From assembly GCA_964035545.1 (NCBI GenBank), contig OZ037769.1:8041929-8105928 (forward strand): a DNA stretch of 64,000 nt, given 5' to 3'. Positions within the stretch are counted from its first letter, which is position 1. The number at the start of each line of letters is the position of its first letter. This document shows positions 38,657 through 49,509 of this stretch, one piece after another. The translations under genes were made by a program, and so were the position numbers. The stretch comes from Bugula neritina (taxonomy: Eukaryota; Animalia; Bryozoa). The notes beneath the pieces are model-generated. The model saw nothing but the letters and a program-made list of their open reading frames with translations. It searched no databases and was not told the origin of the DNA.

Positions 38657-40530
38657 CTAAGGTTTATGAAAAGCTTCCAGTCCATGAATCTCAAGTTCAT
38701 AGATATTGAGTGCTTCATTTACTTCAACAGCTGTTACTCTCACATATCTACCATACATTCTAGTACAGCATGTAACCAGAAATATATCTGCTGGTGGTTG
38801 TCCAGGAAGGTAGTCACAGATCTCATCTTCTGGTGGATCATCAAAGTTGGTATCAGTTTTACCTACTGCTACTCTGACATTGGCCAGTCTGTCATTGATA
38901 GCTAAAAATGAAAATTGCATGAACAAGGGATTTATTATGTATAATTACTTAGGCATTGGTAAAACATTAGTTTTGTCAATATTTATTTGATTAGTTGGAC
39001 CTTTACAGACATTTATCTACACATACTTTAATTATTGATCTATTTGGAATTATTAGAACGATATGCAAGTTGATACTACATAATAAATACAGAGCTTATA
39101 GTTCTTTTTATGTTTTTCACCAAAACATATTTTAATTTTTAATGGTGGCTCTATATGCTTGCCATTCGTCATAACAAAAGTAAACGTAACTGTAGTATAT
39201 TCTGAATTCTGTGCACTAGCTAAATTTTTTTAATTCTTTTTGAAGAATTTGCATTGCAGAAACATTGTTTTAACAATTAACTCGTGTTTTAATAAACAAT
39301 TGTATTAATTCACAGGATATTGTGCTTTCAGATCTGTCCCAGATCTTGACTCCATCAACAAAGTAGTTGATGGCTAAATCCACTTGTATCCATGGAGACA
39401 GCTCTCTTAAAGTGTGTGCTAAACTGCCAAGGTCTCCCAGACCAAAATCAGAAGGGAGGTAAATACCATCAGTAGCCTTGTAGCCTAAATAGCTTGCACT
39501 GAATATACTGCTCATGTTAACTGCTTTGTCTAAGAATAAATGAATAAAATGTGAAAAATTGCAATGCATGCTGGTTCAATAATACATTCAATAATAAAAT
39601 GTGATTGAGTATAGTACTAAGTGAATAAACAGATGTTAGAGCAGCAGACCTATAGTAAAACAAAATTCATTTTGAATACATTAATCATAAGTCAGAGAGT
39701 TTCTTATAACAGATACTAAATTTGAAAATGTGTTGTTGTATAATATAATAGTTTTTCAAAACTAGCTGATCAAATGTCACTTATGTGCTCTTGATTTTGA
39801 AACGTTGTGATTCAAAACAGTTTCAACAAGTGAGCCTTTTTACCTTTAGCAAGATTAGATGAAAAGCCATAGATTAACAAGTCTTCGGAGTAGATCTCCT
39901 TAACCAAACAGAATCTACCTGCTTCCTGTGTGGTGTTCAGCAAGCTTGGTTCATCAGACAGGAAACAGGTTGAAGAGCTCTTGTCATATGACATGGCAAC
40001 ACACAATTGGTCACAAGAACAAAGAGACAGGCAAGACTCATATGTAGAAGTATTAAGTTTATTGTAATAATTAATCACATCTGTAGATGTTTGATCTGTA
40101 ATAGTAATTATAATATCAGCTTAGATTCAAACATTATAGAATTCACAAATCTGGTGTGGATATAAAATGATCATATAGCAAGTTCTATTATTTACTAAAT
40201 ATACTCGTTATTTTCTATTCAGCTATATAGTATCTCCTCACCATGAATAGCTATTGTATTCTCATAGATAAAACATACTTATATTAATCGAAAACATCTA
40301 TATAAAATAGAGTTTTATTTGATGATATATTTACTGATCATAGGAGATAACTTCATAAAGTAGGATGTTTCCACAGTCTCTCCATTCTCTAGCTGATTCA
40401 GAATGCTGTCATAAAGCTGACAAACTTGGTCTGATGAGTCAAAGGTACCAGATTGACACTCGGTGTTGTGAAAACTGCATTGAGTCATGCATTCAACCAT
40501 ACTCCGTGCTACAACCAAATTACATCCCAT
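38657..40530 (-). CDS. PAN/apple + F-type lectin (fucolectin, F5/8C-like) domain protein; at least 4 exons, 5' end unresolved
   Basis: Two PAN-like exons (SMVECMTQCS..CQSGTFD....CQLY; ESCLSLCS....CVAMSYD....CFLS), then F-type lectin motifs NLAKGK, KATDG, AHT...SPWIQVDL, VKIWDR, DRLAN, GRYVRV, LNIYELEIHG. Confidence 0.75.
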
Positions 40531-41181
40531 TTCTCTAGTTTTTTAAAAGTTACTAGATTGTCTAATAAATATATAATTATATATTTATTTTTGTCCAAAT
40601 TAATATAGTGAATCGGTCTATTCAGTTTAGCATTCAACTGTGGCTTTATAGCTACATTCTTCTTGTAGTCTTAAACAAAGTAATTAAAATAAAATAATCA
40701 GAAGTCAAGCTACAGTTTAAAGAAGTGTGCCAAAATAAAAATTCCCTTTTTGTAATTTCAAAAAGTTATTTTTACTTAAAATTTTCATAGGTAATGATAT
40801 TCTATGTTGGAATCTTTATTTGAGTGTATATTGCATTAAAATTGTGAAACAGGTAATTTAATTAATTTACTCAAGCAGCATTTTGCTTCACATGGCCATG
40901 GGAAGAAAATGCTCCATAAGGAAATAACATGTTTTTCTTAAATCTCAGAAATTAATAAAAATATCTTGATACCTGTTAAATTCTCAAACTTTTGATGAAT
41001 GCATAGAAAGCTTTTCTGTCACGTATTCTTTTGCAAGTGTGACAGCTAAAATGCAGTAACAAAGTTTCTACCTTGTATAGATTCCAAAATGGGAGATTCT
41101 GAACCAATGTTGATTGAGATATTCTTCACGCAATATATTTGTTGAGTCACATTAGTTAAAGCCAAAGCTGGTGCGAAAAGT

Positions 41182-41422
41182 AAAGTCAGCAGTGTGTAAA
41201 CCAGTGGTAACTCCATGTTTGAGAAAAATAACTGTCCCGAAAGTGCACAGTGGTTTCAAAGTCTTGATTTTAATAAGCTGATACGACTTGTGTTAAACTA
41301 AAGTCAGCAGTGTGCAAATTACCAAAGGTAGCTCCATGTTTGAGAATTTAACCATATACTGGAGGTAGGCGGTACGTTTTCAAAGTATTGATGTTAATCA
41401 ACTGATACAACTTGAATTAAAA
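41182..41422 (+). repeat. Diverged tandem duplication, 2 x ~120 bp
   Basis: AAAGTCAGCAGTGTG...CTCCATGTTTGAGAA...TTTCAAAGT.TTGAT.TTAAT...CTGATAC.ACTTG occurs twice. Confidence 0.8.
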
Positions 41423-44400
41423 ACCTTTTTGACAAATAGCAAAGTCTTGGTCAATATTTAGAAAAAATGGTTAATTAAAAGAAGCTTATTAATTATTTAC
41501 TAATGTTTAAGAGGATGTCAATAAAGTTTGTTTCTATACATATTTAGTGGCCTACATGCTTTAATAGCTTATAATGCAACACCAATTGTCATTGGTAAAA
41601 ATATTTCTTGTTTTGTCTATAGAACCCAAAAATCAATTTTAGACAATAATCTAAATGGTTTACCTATAGTATTAAAATGGGTTACAGTTGAACCATTAAG
41701 TAAAATCTAATTTCATTTTTATGCCTGTTTAATATTTTGACAGATAGAAATGATTTATTTGATCTATGCCAAGTTAATTGTGCAAACATCTTTACTAAAT
41801 AATATTCAGTACAATTATGCTACCAAAGTCTAAGTTGCAGTCTAATTTTACGCCTACAAATACAGCTTCAGTTTAATAGGGCTAAAGAAATTAGTGCCAG
41901 TCAAGAAACCGTCTGCAAGTAGAGAGTATAGACCTACAGCATAAAGCTATAACCTTATTGCAAGATGTTGAAAGGCCATTGAAACTTTCAACTACAAACA
42001 GCAATAATGATATAATGAATCTAATGAATCTAATCAGTTGCATAAAAGTAAATATTGAACCAAGTTGTTCAGTCAACTTGCTAATGCAGCTGAGGTTATC
42101 TAGTTGAACCTACTTAGTGTCCCAAGACCCATCTTTGACCTGCCATGGACAGTGTGTTTCACTGCTGGTTATACTGCCGTAATACAAATGAAAAATAATA
42201 TATATGTTTTTTTTGGTATGCAAAGCATTTTAAGTGTAGATATTTTATAGTATTATTTGAGCAGCTAAAAACATCCAGTGGCTGCAGCATTGAATTGTAT
42301 CAACTTTGAATGTAAATTACAACTAGTACTGACATATAATCAAGATAATAAAATTCAACTTGAGTGTATTTCATAGGTTTCTCAGATTCATCGGACAGAA
42401 GCCATGTCTATAGCAAAAGTTACATTTTCCACTTCTCTTTTCCATGCAAGATTTGAGATACTGCATACTTTACAACATAATGAAGAAGACAAAATATTTC
42501 GTAGAGCTTTCTCTTAAACACTTGATGTCGCCAGTATATATAAATTGTGCGCAGATGTTTTGTTATGTTTCTAGTTTTAAATACACAATATTGTTTCTAT
42601 ATTGATGCTAAAATTCCAGTTATCTATTTTTTAGATCAGCCATAAGAAGTTATTAAACAACTAAAGTATCCTTTAAAATAAGGAGGTATAAATGTTGGAT
42701 TCTTTTATGTAACTGCATATGTGCGTTTTTTGCTGAAAATAGACTGTTGGGTCTCCCCATGCAGCCCGAAGATCTAAATTAGCTTACAGATTTTGAAATT
42801 TTTATTGTGATTGATTTACCAGCTTATCAAATTAGGGTTGTGAACTATACAATAAGTTGACCATTTGAGTTGTGCTGCATAAAATATGTGCTATATATAA
42901 CGCATAATAAAAAATATACGCCTTCACTGGCTTGTGTGTAGTCAAATTAGGAAAGTATAAGCAAAAGTGTGTAAATTTTAAAATAGCTTTATTTCTGAAA
43001 TCTTTTATTTAAAATTGCATTATTCATTGGTTTAAAAATTAATTTAAACCTGTAACACTGTTTTCTATATTTATTATGTTTAGCTCGGTTTTTAAATTGA
43101 AATAAATGCATAGGGAGATAAACCCTAATTTTCCAAGCTTGTGGTAAGCTAAAGAGAAAAAATAAGCTTGCAAATCACTCACAGTAAAAATTTTGAAGTC
43201 ATTTGGAAGAGCTAACTGTCTTTTTTCAGCAAGAAATGCACACAGTCACATAAAATAATTCAACTTTTATACTTCCTAATTTTGAAAATAGATCAAATGC
43301 AGGTTGTCTAATATATTTTCCTAATTAACTGCTTTTAGTCTCCAAAACGTATCATTTTCACTAGAGGAGCATTAACCCATAATTTCTATCTTTACAGAAT
43401 ATTGAGTGTTTTAAGACACATCTTATACTGAATACTTTGTCTTCATTATTGCATAATACAGTATCCCAAATTTTCAAATGGAGCTGCAACATTAATTTTG
43501 CTAGATATACTAATAGAAAAAAATTATGCATTATTACATTATATTTAAGTTCACTCGTGAAGAAATATAGGCCTGCTTTCTTATTACAGTACCAGCAGCA
43601 ACAGTCGGCTAGATCATATAGTGCTGAAAAACACATTCCATGAACACAGAAAGAAACACCAATTTATTTGTATTATTTCTGAACCATTTTTAGAGCAGTT
43701 TGTATAATTGTTTTTATTGAAGAAACAACTCACAGCTTAAATGTAATTTGTGGCAATAATGGGCCGTTCCTAGAAACAAACCAGCCATGCAGGTATGTAG
43801 CAGCTGTGAAGTATGACTCGCAGGAAAACACCAATAGCAATACTATACTCTTGCAGTGAAGGAAAACTTATAGGATATGAATGCAGGTGTAGGATCTCTA
43901 CTGGGTTCACAAAAAGTCTCCTTTTGATTTTGATTTTATGAATAAATACTTTTGAAGCAGTATGTAGAGTTATGCTGCATTGAGAAACATCACATAAATA
44001 TTTGGATCAAAGGTCATTTAGGGTCATAAAAACAGAGCTGGCCAATGGCAGTTTGGAGCTTTTTACATAAAGTCTATCAACACTCACTTACCATCATCCC
44101 AGTGGTCAGAAGCAGGTCCACAGACTCTGTTCTTAGCAACTGTAGAACTTTAGGAGTTATGCACCCATATTCATGTACTAGTGGTTTCTGTTAGGTTGTC
44201 CAGTTTATACCTTTTTTAAACTCAAAATCCAGCTCTAACTTTGTGTATTCGGCACAATTCAAGCCAGAATGAGTGGCAAGAAAATACTACAGAGGTTAAC
44301 ACTGACTACATATTATTGGCCATATGTTTATCTACAGCCATATGAATCATCAGACTATATAGGAATTATGTGTGGAAAAGCAGTGATAGTAAATACAGCA

Positions 44401-44682
44401 CCATAGAGTTTGCAAGATAGCTGAATCAACGGTAGCTCAAAGTAATTATGTTTAGGGAGAACTGTTTTGCTGCATGGTTGTGGCACATACATGTAGGTAA
44501 GCTGCTTGCACGATACAGCAGCTGTTCAATCAAAAAGAGCTGACTTGCAAAAAAATTTAATAACAGGAATAATGAGTCCATAAACTGCAAAATAGTGTTA
44601 TTTCTAAGCCAGTCTTGGTATTTTTGTCTTTAGAATATCAAATTTTTAAGGAAATAAGACGTGGGAGACAACTACCAAACTG

Positions 44683-44783
44683 AATACTGTAAAACTGTGT
44701 TGAGTGGAGTTGAGGAATCCTGTATCTTGTAGTATATACACGTGCTACAGATTGTTAGTGTGGTATTGGCACACATAATATGC

Positions 44784-44788
<5 letters not shown>
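44683..44788 (+). repeat. ~105-bp dispersed direct repeat, copy 1
   Basis: Near-identical to 57925-58028. Confidence 0.9.
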
Positions 44789-44848
<60 letters not shown>

Positions 44849-45351
44849 TTACGAGCTAGCAATTTGATTATAAATAAGTATACAAGAAACATTGTTTATT
44901 TATTACTTTATTAGGCAAAGTAATTATACTGATATTTCGTATCAAAATACATTTTTCTGACACTGACTATAAAAGGATATATCCAACAGGTTCAGCACCT
45001 GAGAAATTTTACGGGATGGCCAAAATACACAAACTGAAACAAGGAGATGGTATAGAAAAGCTACAAATGTGACCAATAATTTCTAACATAGGCATTGCAT
45101 CATGCCAACTTGCGAAATACCTGGCCAAAATGCTAAAACCACTTAGTGAATCTGAAAGTAATATCGAATCAACTGATAGTTTTCTTACATATGTATATAC
45201 GACAACTTCATATTCCAGCAAACCATCAACTGATATCATTTGATGTTGTTTCCCTCTTTACTTCTGTACCACTTGACTACACGATTTCAGCAATTATATA
45301 AATGATATTTATGAGAAACAACGGATCCAAACAACTATACCAAAGAAGGAA

Positions 45352-46434
45352 ATGATAAACTTACTCAACCTTTGTACAAAACAAGTTCACTTTACTTTCA
45401 ACGACATCATTTATACACAGATGGATGGTGTTGCTATGGAATCTCCTCTGGGACCAATAATTGCGAATATATTCATGACAAAACTGGAACAGAAAGTAAT
45501 ACCAAAATTGAATTCAATGTCACCTTGGGTAAGATACATAGATGACACATTTGCAACAATAGACCCTGATTATATTAACACAACACTCAACACACTTAAT
45601 AATTTTTATCCTAACATAAAATTTACACACGAACTAGAAACCAATAAATCAGTTTCTTTTCTGGATGTTACAGTTTTGCGACACAATAGCTCCGTGGAAA
45701 CGACAGTATTCCGCAAGCCAACACATAACGATACATATTTACATTGGAACTCTTTCTCACTGAAAACTTGGAAACTAAGCACACTAAAGTCACTAGTATT
45801 GAGGGCTAATAAAATCTGTTCTACTCCAGCACTTAAGACCCAAGAACTAAACTATATTCGAAATGTTTTTGAACATAAAAATGGTTACCCTAAATATGTA
45901 ATAGAGAAAACTATTAACAACATTGGTGACGGACTACTCAGTGAAAAAGACAACAGGAAACACATTTTACTTCAGCTGCCTTATAAAGGAGTAACAGGAG
46001 AAAAACTAATCCGCTCCCTCAATAAATTAATTACAGACTCTTTTTCAAATGAACTCAATGCCCGTATTTTATTTAAAGGAACCCCCTTAAGTTCACATTT
46101 TAATCTCAAAGATAAAACCAATAAAGAACACATTCACAACCTAGTCTACAAAATAACCTGCCCTGAAGCTACCTGTCAACAAACATATGTAGGCGAAACC
46201 GGACGTCGCCTATCACACAGGATACATGAACACTGCAATGACATCAATTCCAAAATTTATCAACACATCTCTACCACTAATCATGGAAACATATCAATAG
46301 ACAATGTAACAGTTTTAAATCATTCATTTAAAGGAATCCACCATCGAAAAGTAGCCGAAGCTCTCCACATTAAACAAATAAAACCGCAACTCAATAAACA
46401 AAATTACTCCATACCACTAAAACTATATCAATAG
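45352..46434 (+). CDS. PLE reverse transcriptase (C-terminal half) + GIY-YIG endonuclease; remnant of a disrupted ORF
   Basis: QMDGVAMESPLGPIIANIFM, RYIDDTF, FLDV, LPY, LVYKITC..TYVGETGR..RIHEH, AEAL, QLN; the upstream part has a stop and frameshifts. Confidence 0.9.
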   Translation: MINLLNLCTKQVHFTFNDIIYTQMDGVAMESPLGPIIANIFMTKLEQKVIPKLNSMSPWVRYIDDTFATIDPDYINTTLNTLNNFYPNIKFTHELETNKSVSFLDVTVLRHNSSVETTVFRKPTHNDTYLHWNSFSLKTWKLSTLKSLVLRANKICSTPALKTQELNYIRNVFEHKNGYPKYVIEKTINNIGDGLLSEKDNRKHILLQLPYKGVTGEKLIRSLNKLITDSFSNELNARILFKGTPLSSHFNLKDKTNKEHIHNLVYKITCPEATCQQTYVGETGRRLSHRIHEHCNDINSKIYQHISTTNHGNISIDNVTVLNHSFKGIHHRKVAEALHIKQIKPQLNKQNYSIPLKLYQ

Positions 46435-46682
46435 CTCCACACTACTCAACTCTCACATAGTTTCACTAATTCTTGCTGTTTTTATATTTGGATATCTATT
46501 TTTTTTGTCAACTCTAATTTATTTTTTATGCAAAAAAATCAGTATAATTTTTGACCTGCGTAATATATAAAATAAGATTATTTCCCTAAGTTTCAATAAT
46601 TTACAGTAACTGCCACTCTCTATTCTTTGTGTCATGCATAACGTCTAACGTAACATAATAATTTTTGAATTTCATTCATTGC

Positions 46683-46722
46683 TACTCTGAAGATGGGTAC
46701 AGTGGTACCCGAAATATCAGTG
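46683..46722 (+). ncRNA. Minimal type I hammerhead ribozyme in the pLTR
   Basis: TACT-CTGAAGA-T-GGGTAC-AGTG-GTACCC-GAAA-TA-TC-AGTG; AUC cleavage triplet, palindromic ATAT stem III. Confidence 0.8.
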
Positions 46723-46878
46723 TAATTAATTTACCTAATAAAGTAATAAATAACAATGTTTCTCGTATACCTATTTATAATCAAATTACTAGCTCGTAAA
46801 GATATATATATATATATATATTATAAATAGGTATACGAGAAACATTGTTATTTATTACTTTATTAGGTAAAGTAATTA

Positions 46879-46918
46879 CACTGGTATTTCGGGTACCACT
46901 GTACCCATCTTCAGAGTA
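46879..46918 (-). ncRNA. Hammerhead copy with a mutated cleavage triplet (ACC)
   Basis: Reverse complement reads ...GTACCC-GAAA-TA-CC-AGTG. Confidence 0.65.
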
Positions 46919-47197
46919 GCAATGAATGAAATTCAAAAATTATTATGTTACGTTAGACGTTATGCATGACACAAAGAATAGAGAGTGGCAGTTACTGTAA
47001 ATTATTGAAACTTAGGGAGATAATCTTATTTTATATATTACGCAGGTCAAAAATTATACTGATTTTTGACCTGCGTAATATATAAAATAACATTATCTCC
47101 CTAAGTTTCAATAATTTACAGTAACTGCCACTCTCTATTCTTTGTGTCATGCATAACGTCTAACGTAACATAATAATTTTTGAATTTCATTCATTGC

Positions 47198-47239
47198 TAC
47201 TCTGAAGATGGGTACAGTGGTATACCCGAAATATCAGTG
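47198..47239 (+). ncRNA. Hammerhead copy with a 2-nt stem II insertion
   Basis: CTGAAGA TGGGTACAGTGGTATACCC GAAATATC AGTG. Confidence 0.7.
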
Positions 47240-47316
47240 TAATTACTTTACCTAATAAAGTAATAAATAACAATGTTTCTCGTATACCTATTTATAATCA
47301 AATTACTAGCTCGTAA

Positions 47317-47409
<93 letters not shown>

Positions 47410-47575
47410 GAAGTAAAATGAGATTTGATTAATATAATGGCATTTATTACTAGTAGTTTCGTACACAAGAACGATGTGCACTCGTCAGACAAATTAGCCA
47501 CTATCTAATTCTAATGTTTATGCTCTAGATTTATTTCTATAGAGCACTCTAGTAACGTTTTATAAACACTCATTT

Positions 47576-47657
<82 letters not shown>

Positions 47658-48654
47658 TTCTATTGACAACTTGGTTTTGAAGGAAACAGGATTTTATAAT
47701 TTATAAATACAAAATTCGTGTAGAGTTAAAAAAAAAATCAAATTTGGTGTGTGTCATTAAATAAATTTGTTTATAGATAGCTAGCTAATAGTGGATACTA
47801 TTTCGTGCAATTTATACTTTTACTTGAATCATCCAGTGAATATGTTGTATATCCATTTCTCTAATCCCTTGAATTTGGGTAGAGACACAATTTTGGAAAT
47901 TAATCAATTTCACATCATCACAACATTTTAATTTAGAAACAGTTAGTTTTCAGTGGCCCACTAAAAGACAAAATGTATTTTTTGAGTAATAATGGTGAAA
48001 TTGCTTATAGACTAATAGATTAACAGCAGCTGGTCAATAGAAAAGAGATTCTTCCAAGTCGGTGGTTCCCAACCTGTTTCGTACTATTCCCCCCTTTCAT
48101 AAATGTTGACTATTAAATTGAGCAGCTTTTAGACCCAATTTTTTTTAAAACAACAAATTCCAAAATTCCATATTTTTGACTTGTTCCTTTTCAGATGTTC
48201 ACTGTTGAAATACTCATCAACGATTGGTCACTTTCCCAGGTGTGACTGTTTTAAAAAATTGTATAAGTGTCAAGTGATCATATTACAATCAGCACCACCA
48301 CAACCACTACCATATAACCACTTTTACCACCACTACCACCACCATTATCACCATTACCAGTACCACCTATATAGCAACTGTCCCTAGACATGGAGCAAAC
48401 AATTCATTTGCATGATGCTTAAGGAAGTGGTGAGAGTGTTATCAGAACTACATTAAAGAATACAAGTGGCCATATTTGTTCTGTTTCCAACATTTTTTGC
48501 TCTTTAAATAATGCTTATTATATATTACATTGTCAAAAAAATTCCTTTAATTTACACAGCAGTAACTGCTTTTCTTAAGTTTAATAAAAAGTTCATATTT
48601 ACGAGTATTATAACCCTTATTACATTTTTATTATGATCATAATTGAAAAATAAT

Positions 48655-48728
48655 GTTGCCCTCACTAGGAATCAAACTGAAGTCCTCTGGCTTCCAAGCA
48701 AGTGTGCTATCATTACACCAAGGGGCCC
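48655..48728 (-). mobile_element. tRNA-derived SINE head or tRNA pseudogene
   Basis: The - strand has TGGTGTAATGATAGCAC (A box) and AGTTTGATTCC (B-box-like); the acceptor stem does not pair as in a true tRNA. Confidence 0.5.
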
Positions 48729-49509
48729 ACTGGATAAACTCAACACTACAATAATTTGCAGATAAATTTTATTTGTTATGCATCATCATTTCATTGTTAT
48801 AGAAACAAAGTGTATGTGGAATTGTTTGCCTACTTTGGGAATTGAGCTGCAGCCGTGCCACTTGCAAGTAACTGTTATTATAAATTACACTTGGAAGCTA
48901 TACTGTGAATTACAATAGTAAAGGATGTCATACATTATATATAAAATATACTGTATTTATTAGCTTTCATAAAACTGTATTATAAAGTTATATTTTACAA
49001 CAAGTTAGTTCTAGTGAAAAGTATTGCTTTTAAAACACAAACACACCTAATTATTTGTTACCCACACCTGATTATAGTTCGAATACACACTAGAATAATT
49101 GAAGTTAACACTTGAGTTATAATTGCAGCACACAATATAATATAATAAGTTCTCTTGGCTACTACATATCCTACTATATAATTTGTAATACAATCAACAA
49201 TTGCTTTAAACAGCCGTGGAACATTGTTGAAAAGTTGCTATACTAACTACATATGCATATAATAAACTGGCCATAAAATTCCCCTCTATACAGTTATTAC
49301 CAAAACGCCTACCCAAAAATCTTGAGACAATTTAAAAAGCTGGGGTAAATTACTACAAGTCTGCAAATAAAACTGAATGCATACTTTAGAATTTATCTGA
49401 GTCCTAAAAAGGGTGTAGCATGAGGTCTAAACAAAATTTGAATCTAATAAATGTGGATGCTAAACAGACACGTAAGATTTTGGATTTCGAAATAATTTCT
49501 TTACCATGG

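Larger units (their letters stand above)
44847..47318 (+). mobile_element. Penelope-like element (Penelope/Poseidon type), 5'-truncated, with inverted and direct pLTR copies, inserted in (TA)n
   Basis: Inverted pLTR end 44847-44939; decayed RT start (FYGMAKIHK, *PIIS, FDVVSLFTSVP); ORF 45352-46434; pLTR copies + (to ~46801), - (46821-47062) and + (47063-47318); flanked by (TA)n. Confidence 0.93.

Noticed and set aside
48060-48080. hAT TIR-like CGGTGGTTCCCAACCT
   Set aside because: No partner TIR or TSD found.
48655-48728. Functional tRNA gene
   Set aside because: Acceptor and T stems do not pair properly; better explained as a SINE head.
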